From an uncultured Nitrospiraceae bacterium (GTDB lineage: Bacteria > Nitrospirota > Thermodesulfovibrionia > Thermodesulfovibrionales > Dissulfurispiraceae): a stretch of DNA of 64,000 nt. The position numbers and the translations under genes are program-made. A model generated the notes under the pieces. It did no database searches, was not told where the DNA came from, and saw only the letters and a program-made list of their open reading frames with translations. Location of the stretch: assembly GCA_963727805.1 (NCBI GenBank), contig CAVSHF010000005.1, forward strand, positions 1,177,790 to 1,241,789, written 5' to 3'. Positions 1 through 8,502 of this stretch are shown piece after piece (the stretch's first letter is position 1; each line of letters starts with the position of its first letter).

Positions 1-16
1 ATTCTTCTCATAGGGG

Positions 17-439
17 GTGAGTAAGATGGCGACCACTAGACTCGCGTTCGTTATAAGATCACTTCCTTATAAGACTGAAGCTTCAAGACTCGCGATGACC
101 CATGCCATTGCGAGCCAGACAGTTGAGATATACCTCGAAGATGGAGACATGGTCGAGCCGGTTGTCTGCTTTATTGGAGACGGCGTGCTTAACTGCCTCA
201 AGAACCAGGCTACTGCTAAACATTATGACATCACCAGCCTCGAAATGCATATAAAGAACAGCCTCCTATTAGATCTAAAGGTCATGATATGCAAGGAAGA
301 CCTTGATCGGTTCGGCATCAAGGAGGATGCCCTCATTATGGACGCTGAGGACCTCGGTGGTGAAACCAGGGCGCAGATAGTGCCTTACAGTGAAATACAA
401 AAAGAACTAGATTCTGTAAATCATATACAGATGTTCTAA
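17..439 (+). CDS. DsrE/DsrF-family sulfur-transfer protein
   Basis: N-terminal 'LAFVIRSLPY...SRLAM', 'VCFIGDGV' and 'VMICKEDLDRFG' match the DsrE-family pattern including the conserved Cys; GTG start; next to tusA. Confidence 0.75.
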   Translation: MSKMATTRLAFVIRSLPYKTEASRLAMTHAIASQTVEIYLEDGDMVEPVVCFIGDGVLNCLKNQATAKHYDITSLEMHIKNSLLLDLKVMICKEDLDRFGIKEDALIMDAEDLGGETRAQIVPYSEIQKELDSVNHIQMF

Positions 440-456
440 TACAAGGAGGAATGATA

Positions 457-702
457 ATGGGTGATTTAAAAGCTCAAACACCAGCTGAAGTGCTCGACGT
501 TCTCGGAAGGGTATGTCCCTATCCGCTCGTTTTGACCAAAAAGCAGATGGAGAAGATGGCAGCAGGTTCGATACTTAAGATACTTTGCGATGCGCCCGCT
601 TCCGCAGAAGATTCAATCCCTCGCTTTGCCGACAAGCAGGGATTTCCCATCGAAGTCGAAAAAACCGGCGACCACTGGGAGATATATATTCAGAAGAAAT
701 AG
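457..702 (+). CDS. tusA: TusA/SirA-family sulfurtransferase
   Basis: 'LDVLGRVCPYPLVLTKK' contains the CPxP signature; AAGGAGGA RBS at 443-450 favours ATG 457. Confidence 0.88.
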   Translation: MGDLKAQTPAEVLDVLGRVCPYPLVLTKKQMEKMAAGSILKILCDAPASAEDSIPRFADKQGFPIEVEKTGDHWEIYIQKK

Positions 703-723
703 CCGAAACAGCAAAGGATCATC

Positions 724-759
724 AAAAAAGGAGCATCGAATTAACGATGCTCCTTTTTT
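724..759. terminator. Bidirectional intrinsic terminator between tusA and ferredoxin
   Basis: AAAAAAGGAGCATCG-AATTAA-CGATGCTCCTTTTTT perfect inverted repeat with A/T tails. Confidence 0.85.
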
Positions 760-782
760 GTGCCACAATCGGTGGCTATCCG

Positions 783-968
783 CTACATTTCGGTTATCGT
801 AATCGCTGATGTAGGACACATGCTGAGGCAGGTTTCGCAGAACACGCACTCGCCGGCCTGGTAGGGGTCGCTTTTGCCATCAGTAATCTTAAATACCATC
901 TGCGGACAGCTGTTGACACACTCCTCACAACCATCACACTTAGCTGTATCGACTGCTACTAGGTACAT
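783..968 (-). CDS. 2x[4Fe-4S] ferredoxin
   Basis: CDGCEECVNSCP and CVFCETCLSMCP motifs; AGGAGG RBS before ATG 968. Confidence 0.9.
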   Translation of the reverse strand: MYLVAVDTAKCDGCEECVNSCPQMVFKITDGKSDPYQAGECVFCETCLSMCPTSAITITEM

Positions 969-1150
969 GAACTTCACCTCCTTATATATACTTTCTCACA
1001 CGAATAATCGTATCAGATAATTCTTTTACTATAACAAATTACAAGCCTCTCATGTCAATGGGCTTCAGCATTACTGTTAGTCTTGCCAAACCAATAACAA
1101 CCATTGGACTAGAGCGGGGAAAGCTTACCAAAATGTGCTCTGTAATTACC

Positions 1151-1187
1151 TAAAAGGGCAGTCCCTGATTAGAGGACTGCCCTTTTA
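1151..1187. terminator. Intrinsic terminator after dsrP
   Basis: TAAAAGGGCAGTCC-N9-GGACTGCCCTTTTA. Confidence 0.8.
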
Positions 1188-1205
1188 CTAAGTATCTATT
1201 CTCGG

Positions 1206-2375
1206 TCAGTGAATCGCTTCGCCTCCGGATTCCTCCTTGACTGATATTGCGATTTTGTACAGCACTGTCAAGATTAGGAATCCTATTGACCAGACCCCAA
1301 GCGCAATCAGAAACTCAGGGGTAGTAGGCCAGTATTCCGTAATCCTTTCGAATGGGTTCGGAACAAATCCTCCCACGATCAGTCCAAACCCCTTGTCTAT
1401 CCATAGCGAGATAAAAACTGCCGCAGAAGCGAATGCCAGGACCATCTCATTGCGCCTGAGGAAGGGGAAGACCAGGATTCCGACCGCCACGACGGCGAGG
1501 AGCGTCGAAATCCACATCAATGGGACAAGTTGATGATATCCATTGAGCCCCGCATACAAATAAATAAATGAATTCATATGGCCCGGGATGCCGCTGTAGA
1601 ATGCGGTAAAGAATTCAAGACCAAGGAAGAAGCAACTAGTGATCATGAAATAGGTGACAATCTTACCAAGGGTCTGAATCGCCTCTTTCCCGGGGTCAAA
1701 ATTCGAGTTTCTCCTAACGATCAACGCAAGGATTATAAGGAGCGCCGGGCCCGCAGCAAATGCCGAAGAGAGGAACCTGGCAGCCATAATGGCGGAGAGC
1801 CAGAAGTGCCTTCCCGGCAAGCCGGCGTAAAGAAACGCCGTTACCGTGTGGATAGAAGGCGCCCAAACTATCGAGAGGATCACGAAGGGCTTGACCCATT
1901 TCGGAGGCGCTATCCCTTTGCGCTCGGCTCCCAGAGAAGTCCATCCCACAATGATATTCAGCACCAGATAGCCGGCTAGAACGCACATATCATAAAACAT
2001 GACCGAATTAAAAGTCGGATGGAGTAGGACATTCAATACGCGAAGTGGCTGTCCCATGTCGACGAATATAAACAACATGCACATGATAACTGCCGGGATT
2101 GCCAGAAACTCGCCAAGTACAGTAATCTTGCCGAACGCCTTATAGTCGTGCAGATAAAAGGGCAGTACGACCATCACGCCAGAGGCAGCGACGCCGACGA
2201 GAAAGGTGAATTGAGCTATGTAGAAACCCCATGATACGTCTCTACTCATCCCGGTGATGCCAAGGCCTACGGTGAATTGGTATATGTAACATGCGACCCC
2301 TATGCCAATGAACACGAGAAGGGCAGTCACCCACGTCCAATATTTACTGCCTCCCTTCAGGGCTTTCTCAATCAT
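1206..2375 (-). CDS. dsrP: DsrP, NrfD/PsrC-family membrane subunit
   Basis: Multi-TM protein, 'TGMSRDVSWGFYIAQFTFLVGVAAS', 'SIHTVTAFLY'; last gene of MKJOP. Confidence 0.93.
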   Translation of the reverse strand: MIEKALKGGSKYWTWVTALLVFIGIGVACYIYQFTVGLGITGMSRDVSWGFYIAQFTFLVGVAASGVMVVLPFYLHDYKAFGKITVLGEFLAIPAVIMCMLFIFVDMGQPLRVLNVLLHPTFNSVMFYDMCVLAGYLVLNIIVGWTSLGAERKGIAPPKWVKPFVILSIVWAPSIHTVTAFLYAGLPGRHFWLSAIMAARFLSSAFAAGPALLIILALIVRRNSNFDPGKEAIQTLGKIVTYFMITSCFFLGLEFFTAFYSGIPGHMNSFIYLYAGLNGYHQLVPLMWISTLLAVVAVGILVFPFLRRNEMVLAFASAAVFISLWIDKGFGLIVGGFVPNPFERITEYWPTTPEFLIALGVWSIGFLILTVLYKIAISVKEESGGEAIH

Positions 2376-3171
2376 GTTCCTTACCTCCTATGACATAGTA
2401 GACGCTCGGATGGGTGCCGATTTCAGGCTTGCGCCTGATTGTAAAGCTTGCATCGAGTACCTTTCGGACGTCTGAATTCGGATCGTCTATGTCGCCAAAA
2501 GCAAGTGCACCATTAGCAACCTCGACACAGGCCGGCTTAACACCCTTTGCGAGCCGCTCATAGCAGAAGGTGCATTTTTCGACCACACCTTTTGTTCTGG
2601 TGGGGAACTCAGGATTTAGTTCCCTCTTGATGGATGGCCGGGGGTCCCTGAAATTAAAGCTTCTCGCACCGTAAGGACATGCGGCCATGCAGAACCGGCA
2701 GCCGATGCAGCGATGCATGTCCATCATAACGATGCCGTCAGCCTTCCTCTTAAAAGTCGCCTTGGTCGGGCAGACTCTGACACAGGGAGGATTTTCGCAG
2801 TGGTTACAGAGGACAAGAAAAGGTAGCTCCTTATAATGGGGCGCAATAAATTCATCCTCATTGCCCGGGAAGGCGTGCTCATACGTCTCGGTCCATATCC
2901 ATTTGATCTCTTCCTTGGTATTGCCGATATCAGGGACATTATGAACCTGATGGCAAGCGTCGATGCACTTTTGCACATCCGCATCAGACGCGAATTTGCT
3001 CATATCCACAGACATGGCCCATCTTTTAGCTACAAGCCCCTTCGGGTCGATCATGTAGGGACTGGCAGCTTCCACTTCCTTTTTGACGGCGGCTGCAACA
3101 GTCGCCCCACTGAGCCCCATTACCGCGCCGAATCCAGCTATTTTAAGAAATTCTCTTCTATTGATGCTCAT
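2368..3171 (-). CDS. dsrO: DsrO, Tat-exported Fe-S subunit
   Basis: 'NRREFLK' Tat motif; CNHCENPPCVRVCP, CIGCRFCMAACP, CTFC...C clusters. Confidence 0.93.
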   Translation of the reverse strand: MSINRREFLKIAGFGAVMGLSGATVAAAVKKEVEAASPYMIDPKGLVAKRWAMSVDMSKFASDADVQKCIDACHQVHNVPDIGNTKEEIKWIWTETYEHAFPGNEDEFIAPHYKELPFLVLCNHCENPPCVRVCPTKATFKRKADGIVMMDMHRCIGCRFCMAACPYGARSFNFRDPRPSIKRELNPEFPTRTKGVVEKCTFCYERLAKGVKPACVEVANGALAFGDIDDPNSDVRKVLDASFTIRRKPEIGTHPSVYYVIGGKEHD

Positions 3172-3174
3172 GGG

Positions 3175-3579
3175 TTACACTCCCTCCTTCGGCACGAGAT
3201 GACAGTCCCAACAGTAGGGTTTTACTGCCACATAATTGTGGCATTCGTCACAGAACTTTGATTTATTCGAGTGGCAATGCATGCAGGTATTCTGGAGGCT
3301 CATGTTATATGTTTTGCCGTCCTTCGCCGTGTACAACCGCTCACCTTCGCGGACCACTTCATCCCTCCAATTGTTGAGCATCTGCATATGGACAGTCGCC
3401 ATATCATCTTTGCTTTCTACGCACTGTTTCTTTGCCATCTGGTTGATGACGGGAGTGTCGATGCTCGGCGAGGGTTTTGCCACTGCCTTTCCCAGGTTCA
3501 GCGTGAACGGAAGTGTTGCGATCACGATAAAGATAACCAGTCCAACTATGATCTTACCGCTGTCGTACATGCTATTCAC
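3175..3579 (-). CDS. dsrJ: DsrJ, triheme cytochrome c
   Basis: N-terminal TM; three CxxCH (CMHCH, CDECH, CWDCH); 'HMQMLNNWRDEVVREG'. Confidence 0.93.
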   Translation of the reverse strand: MNSMYDSGKIIVGLVIFIVIATLPFTLNLGKAVAKPSPSIDTPVINQMAKKQCVESKDDMATVHMQMLNNWRDEVVREGERLYTAKDGKTYNMSLQNTCMHCHSNKSKFCDECHNYVAVKPYCWDCHLVPKEGV

Positions 3580-5176
3580 CCCCCTTTCCGGGAAGAGGTT
3601 CGGCCCTTAGATTCAGCTCTCTCTCTTTCTCTCCCTTCATTACAAGGGCATTGGCGACGAGTTCGTGGGTGCCAGCTACCCGGACGCCGGGTACCCAGTA
3701 GTCCATAAGAGGGGGCAGCGTCGCCCGATCGATGGCGCAGATATTAGCGAGCATATTCACTCCGTGTTTGTCGCGTACATGTTTTACCGCATTGGCCCTC
3801 GGAAACCCTCCCCGCATCCTCAATTCCATGTCTTCACTGGCATTAAGTCCAGAACCGCTGCCGCAGCAGAAGGTCTGTTCCCGAATCGTGTCCTCAGGCA
3901 TCTCATGGAAGTGGTTACAGACGCTCTTTATAACATATCTGGGTTCCTCCATGAATCCCATGCCCCGTGCTGTATTGCAGGAATCGTGGTACGTTACGAT
4001 CAAATCATCATTCCTGGTCGGATCTAGTTTCAGTTTTCCATTTTTGATGAGGTCAGCCGTGAATTCGACGATGTGGACCATCTTGGTCGTTTTAGCATTG
4101 TCGAACTTCGTTCCCGTCATAGGAGAAACGGGCTGCTCGAGGAAATCGGCAGGACCGTTAAAGGTGTCCATGTACTGATGGAGGACCCGCCACATATGAC
4201 CGCACTCACCGCCCAGTATCCATTTAACGCCAAGCCTCTTCGCTTCGGCATATATCTTGTAGTTCAGCCTCTTTGCCATCTCCATCGAGGTGAAGAAGCC
4301 GAAGTTTCCGCCCTCCGACGCATAAGTGCTCCAGGTGTAGTCGAGGCCGAGTTCGTGGAAGAGCATGAGGTATCCCATGGCAGTGTATGTGCCGGGATCG
4401 GCAAAAAGATCGCCTGAGGGGGTGACAAAGAGTATCTCAGCACCCTTCCTATTGAAGGTCGGCTCTATTTTGACGCCTGTAATGTCCTCAATATCACTCA
4501 GGAAGAATTCTATGCTGTTCTTGATCGTATGGGGTTCGAGGCCGAGATGATTGCCTTTCATGTAGCAGTTCGCTGCGGGGCCGGTAATCCATCCGATATT
4601 AAGACCAAGAAGGTTCATGAGCTCGCGTCCCATCATTGTAATTTCTGCCTGATCAATGCCATAAGGGCAGAAGAGCGAGCAGCGACGGCACTCGGTGCAC
4701 TGGAAGAAATAGTACCACCACTCCTTGAGCACGTCGACGGTAAGTTCTCTTGCGCCGGCGTACTTGCCGAAAATCTTTCCTGAAGGGGTGAAGTAATGCC
4801 GGTAAATAGACCTCAATATCTCCGCCCTCACCACTGGCATGTTCCTTGAGTCGCCTGACCCGAGGTAAAAGTGGCACTTGTCGGCGCACGCGCCACACCT
4901 CACGCAGACATCCATAAAGATATGGAAGGAGCGATATTTCTGGAGGCGTTCCTTGATGCCTTCGAGGACGGTATTTTTCCAATCATCGGGAAGCTTCCAG
5001 TCTTCTTCGGATGGAGACCAATCCCTCGCATTGGGCAGTTCGAGCACTTTCAAGTCCTTGGCCTTTGCGCCATGGCAATACATGCCCGGCTTGATATCTA
5101 CAGGGAACTGTGACCAGTGCTTCTTCGGCTTAAGATCTATCTTCGACAGCTGTTCTGGTTTCGGGATCTTTGCCAT
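3572..5176 (-). CDS. dsrK: DsrK, HdrD-like catalytic subunit
   Basis: CVRCGACADKC and CTECRRCSLFCP; CCG domain ('YHDSCN', 'TFCCGSG'). Confidence 0.95.
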   Translation of the reverse strand: MAKIPKPEQLSKIDLKPKKHWSQFPVDIKPGMYCHGAKAKDLKVLELPNARDWSPSEEDWKLPDDWKNTVLEGIKERLQKYRSFHIFMDVCVRCGACADKCHFYLGSGDSRNMPVVRAEILRSIYRHYFTPSGKIFGKYAGARELTVDVLKEWWYYFFQCTECRRCSLFCPYGIDQAEITMMGRELMNLLGLNIGWITGPAANCYMKGNHLGLEPHTIKNSIEFFLSDIEDITGVKIEPTFNRKGAEILFVTPSGDLFADPGTYTAMGYLMLFHELGLDYTWSTYASEGGNFGFFTSMEMAKRLNYKIYAEAKRLGVKWILGGECGHMWRVLHQYMDTFNGPADFLEQPVSPMTGTKFDNAKTTKMVHIVEFTADLIKNGKLKLDPTRNDDLIVTYHDSCNTARGMGFMEEPRYVIKSVCNHFHEMPEDTIREQTFCCGSGSGLNASEDMELRMRGGFPRANAVKHVRDKHGVNMLANICAIDRATLPPLMDYWVPGVRVAGTHELVANALVMKGEKERELNLRAEPLPGKGGE

Positions 5177-5178
5177 TG

Positions 5179-6168
5179 TTACTCCTTTTCTACTGGTAAT
5201 CCAGCCTTTTTCATTTTATCCCTGAACTCGTCCTCATACTGCTCGTAGGTATGGACATGGACAGGGTAGTTCCACGGATTTATATGCCTGACCATACGGC
5301 TGTTATTCGCAAGGTTCCTCGTCGGACTCATAAACACACCCCCCAGATGCATAAGCTTGCTGAACGGGAAGTAGGCGAAAAACATGCTTACAAGAAAGAG
5401 GTGAATGTAGAAGATGACGCCGATCGACGCTGGGGCAATGGGATGGAAGCTTACCAGACCCATCGCTACCTGTTTGACGCCGACGATATCGACCCTGAGA
5501 AAGTACCTCATAAGAATACCTGTAGCCCCAATGCTGAATATCAAGAGGAGCGGGAAGTAATCAGCCGGAAGAGAGATGAACCGTATCTGAGGCATGAATA
5601 CTCTCCTGATGAAAAGAAAGGTTACTCCCACAAGAAGCGTAAGGTCTGTCAGATAGACCAACGGCACACCCACCTGGAAAAAGGCGTCGAGGGACTCCAT
5701 GATTTTGATTGCCACAGGAACCTTAACCATGAAGAACCTGAAGTGCCGAATCAGCACAATCAGAAAAGACCAGTGGAATATGAGCCCGAAGAGCCAGAGA
5801 TACTTTTCCGAACCGTGAACAAGCTTTCCACTTTTCAACTCTGACTTCGTGTTCCTGAAGAGCGACCGGAAGAGAAGCACTTCGAGAAGCATCCTGCCGA
5901 TAACCCATGAAGTCGTCGGAGGACTGTCGAGCTTATTCTGCTTTATCCAAGGGAAAGAATACCCCTGCCCGCCTGTGGTTGGGATATGGAACGGCACAGG
6001 CGAACGTCCCCATTTTACGACCTTGTACACAAACCCAATGGTAAAGGTAAGAAAGGCCGCATAGGGAACAATGACCCCGATGAGGAAGTGGAGGTTTAGT
6101 CCTTTCACCCCGATAAAGGCCAGCACTATCAATGCTATGACCGCAGCAAAGGAAAACGCGATTCCCAT
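5179..6168 (-). CDS. dsrM: DsrM, NarI-like cytochrome b
   Basis: 'PVPFHIPTTGGQ', 'FPFSKLMHLGGVFMSPTRN'; multi-TM. Confidence 0.95.
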   Translation of the reverse strand: MGIAFSFAAVIALIVLAFIGVKGLNLHFLIGVIVPYAAFLTFTIGFVYKVVKWGRSPVPFHIPTTGGQGYSFPWIKQNKLDSPPTTSWVIGRMLLEVLLFRSLFRNTKSELKSGKLVHGSEKYLWLFGLIFHWSFLIVLIRHFRFFMVKVPVAIKIMESLDAFFQVGVPLVYLTDLTLLVGVTFLFIRRVFMPQIRFISLPADYFPLLLIFSIGATGILMRYFLRVDIVGVKQVAMGLVSFHPIAPASIGVIFYIHLFLVSMFFAYFPFSKLMHLGGVFMSPTRNLANNSRMVRHINPWNYPVHVHTYEQYEDEFRDKMKKAGLPVEKE

Positions 6169-6190
6169 TTACTTTACCTCTTTCGTGACA

Positions 6191-6760
6191 TTAATGTTTT
6201 AGTTCTTTACCGCTGAAATCTCTGTCCTGAGTCCCTGGTTCTTCGGGTATCTCAGTCAGCAGATTTGACTTTTTCAGCAACCAGAGAGTTCTGTCTCTCA
6301 ACTCGTTTGCCTTGAGATCGTAAAGCTTTTCCCTACATTTCATGAAAATATCGAAGCTGAGCAGGGCGAGAGTATCAATCTTCGCATCGAGTGCATGAAA
6401 TTCATCGCGCAGCTCGTCTTTATCACTCTGGGCGTAGGTCTGAGACAAGAACTCATCGCGAATCACCTTTTTGAGAAGGAAGATGAAGTTTACCGCCTGA
6501 GAGGGAGTAAAATCCTGAACGGCCCTGATCCTGATGATGGCATCAAGAAATGGAGCGATCTCAGAGGGATCGGCATCGAGAAGAAGACCATCAAAGATGT
6601 CCTCGACTCCCTGGGATGTGGTCTGCCCTACAGGGTTGGTAAATCCTCCTTTCCCTTTCAGGAATGTCGCAGTGTCTGCCGGATAGGACTCAATGATAAT
6701 ATCAAACCACTTATCGACAATCGCAGTCCTCTGCTTTTTAAGCAGTTCCTTCAGCCTCAT
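6191..6760 (-). CDS. dsrT: DsrT (RsbRD N-terminal domain protein)
   Basis: 'FTNPVG', 'IIRIRAVQDFTPSQA', 'FMKCREKLYDLKANE'; immediately upstream of dsrM. Confidence 0.9.
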   Translation of the reverse strand: MRLKELLKKQRTAIVDKWFDIIIESYPADTATFLKGKGGFTNPVGQTTSQGVEDIFDGLLLDADPSEIAPFLDAIIRIRAVQDFTPSQAVNFIFLLKKVIRDEFLSQTYAQSDKDELRDEFHALDAKIDTLALLSFDIFMKCREKLYDLKANELRDRTLWLLKKSNLLTEIPEEPGTQDRDFSGKELKH

Positions 6761-6908
6761 ACGAGCCCTTGCCGCGAGCAGGTTGGTTCTAAGGAGTCGT
6801 TAACTGATATTTTGTTCGATTTCAATGATATATCACAATGAAAAAGAGACAAGACCGGCCCCCCCATCTTTATCGCTATTTTTTTCACAAACGAGTACTA
6901 TTTTGAAG

Positions 6909-6948
6909 CGGTGAAGATAGCCCGCTATGTAACGGACTATCTTCACCG
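6909..6948 (-). other. Strong stem-loop 3' of dsrC
   Basis: CGGTGAAGATAG...CTATCTTCACCG, extending to about 16 bp with a G-U pair on the minus strand; no U-tract. Confidence 0.7.
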
Positions 6949-6969
6949 TGACAGATTCCTTCCAGACGT

Positions 6970-7305
6970 TTAGACGCAACCTGTGGGCTTAGGAAGTCCC
7001 GCATATCTGCAGGCCTGCTTTGCCGGTCCATCAGGGAAGAGCTCGTACAGGTACTTCGTATTCCCCTTCTCAGGACCCATAACCTTTCCAATCTCTTTGA
7101 CGAGGATCTTGATCATAGGAGCAATCTGATACTTTGCATAATAGTCCCTGAGGAAGTTGATGACTTCCCAGTGGGCCTCGGTAAGATTCATTCCGTCTTT
7201 GTCGGCCATAAACGTACCAAGTTCTTTCGTCCAATCATCGAGATTGACGAGATATCCGTCCTCGTCGACTTCGACCGTCTTTCCTCCGAATTCAAGTAAG
7301 GGCAT
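6970..7305 (-). CDS. dsrC: DsrC sulfur carrier
   Basis: 'VDEDGYL', 'YLYELFPDGPAKQACRYAGLPKPTGCV' with both C-terminal cysteines (Cx10C). Confidence 0.96.
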   Translation of the reverse strand: MPLLEFGGKTVEVDEDGYLVNLDDWTKELGTFMADKDGMNLTEAHWEVINFLRDYYAKYQIAPMIKILVKEIGKVMGPEKGNTKYLYELFPDGPAKQACRYAGLPKPTGCV

Positions 7306-7399
7306 ATGTTGCTACCTCCTTTCAGAAAATAATTTTTTTTCGCTGAATTATATATTTTCTATAATTCCCTATGCGCGACAATACGCGAGTGTTAAAAAA

Positions 7400-7431
7400 T
7401 AATATAGACGTAGGTACGGGGTCAAATTAAA
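7400..7431 (-). promoter_or_regulatory. Putative dsrC promoter, motif shared with dsrA
   Basis: Minus strand TTTAATTTGAC-N13-CTATATTA; same motif and spacing at 13890-13921. Confidence 0.55.
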
Positions 7432-7461
7432 TAAAATTATAAAAACATTTGCCATTCTTAT

Positions 7462-8502
7462 TCATGTGTTATATCCCTTTTGTGCCAATTCAGATACAGT
7501 CGTTTCCAGCAAGGCGCCGTCTGAATAAACAAGCAAAATACCCAAATCGCCTGATAGTTTTCTCAAAATATCATCTTTCCCCTCGGCCGCAGTCGCCCCG
7601 ACGAGAAGCGCGGCATAGCCCCTAACCGAAGGGTTCGGGTCCGCAGCCAGCTCTCTGAGGTCTCTCGTATTGAAGGTAACCATATCCGGCCTCACACCTG
7701 CCACCCTTGCTAGGGCCCAAATAGCACCCGGTCTGAAGCTTTCCTCCTCCCGGTTGGACCAGAGGATCGGGATGATATCCCTGAACTCTTCAGGATCACT
7801 TCTGATGATCTCGCCAAGGATTTCAGGGGCGCTCCATCCTATGCCTCCCGACTCGTCACTCATGGACCAGAGCAGCCTTCTCACCGTCTCCCTAAGGATA
7901 CTGAGATGTGTCGCCCTTAGATCGTGGGCCACATACCCCATGGACTCGATTGCACGCCAGGTAATCTGGTCCTCTTTATCATAAGAGAATGAAATAAGCC
8001 ACTTGATTACATTTTTATCCTTCAGGGCAAGTTTACCCACGACATCGAGAAGTCCCTTTTCGAGGAGGTGGCGCACCTGTTCCTTAAGCTTCATCGCCAT
8101 AAAAGTTGGCTCAGCCAGCACAGTGCCAGTTTCTGAATCAGGGCTTTCTACTAGTTTTTCTGCAACTTTCTCGTCTAAAGGTTGTCCCATTCTGATAAAA
8201 ATAAGCTTGCCGGCATGAAAGTTCATGCCCTTTACAGACACCCGGCTGTGACTCTTCCAATCATAATCCATTTCTTTCATAACATATTCATCCAATCCCA
8301 CGTTACCGATATCCCAATCGCCTTTAGCAAAGGCGATGGCGTCACCGTATGCCTCGCCGACATTATGGCCAGTGGGATCACAAACAAATACCGCTCCGCA
8401 GGCACACCGTCCACTGATAATTACGCCGAGTTCGGTTCTGGTATCTTTAGGCCGTTCTAAATACCTACTACAATACGGGCATTCAGGAGTGAGTTTCGAC
8501 AT
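7462..8502 (-). CDS. Uncharacterised protein: N-terminal Cys-rich (Zn) domain plus HEAT/PBS-lyase-like repeats (DVU0298-like)
   Basis: CPYC...CACG...CDPTG N-terminus; 'RRLLWSMSDESGGIGWSAPEILGEI' HEAT-like region; start overlaps dsrN stop by 20 bp. Confidence 0.65.
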   Translation of the reverse strand: MSKLTPECPYCSRYLERPKDTRTELGVIISGRCACGAVFVCDPTGHNVGEAYGDAIAFAKGDWDIGNVGLDEYVMKEMDYDWKSHSRVSVKGMNFHAGKLIFIRMGQPLDEKVAEKLVESPDSETGTVLAEPTFMAMKLKEQVRHLLEKGLLDVVGKLALKDKNVIKWLISFSYDKEDQITWRAIESMGYVAHDLRATHLSILRETVRRLLWSMSDESGGIGWSAPEILGEIIRSDPEEFRDIIPILWSNREEESFRPGAIWALARVAGVRPDMVTFNTRDLRELAADPNPSVRGYAALLVGATAAEGKDDILRKLSGDLGILLVYSDGALLETTVSELAQKGYNT

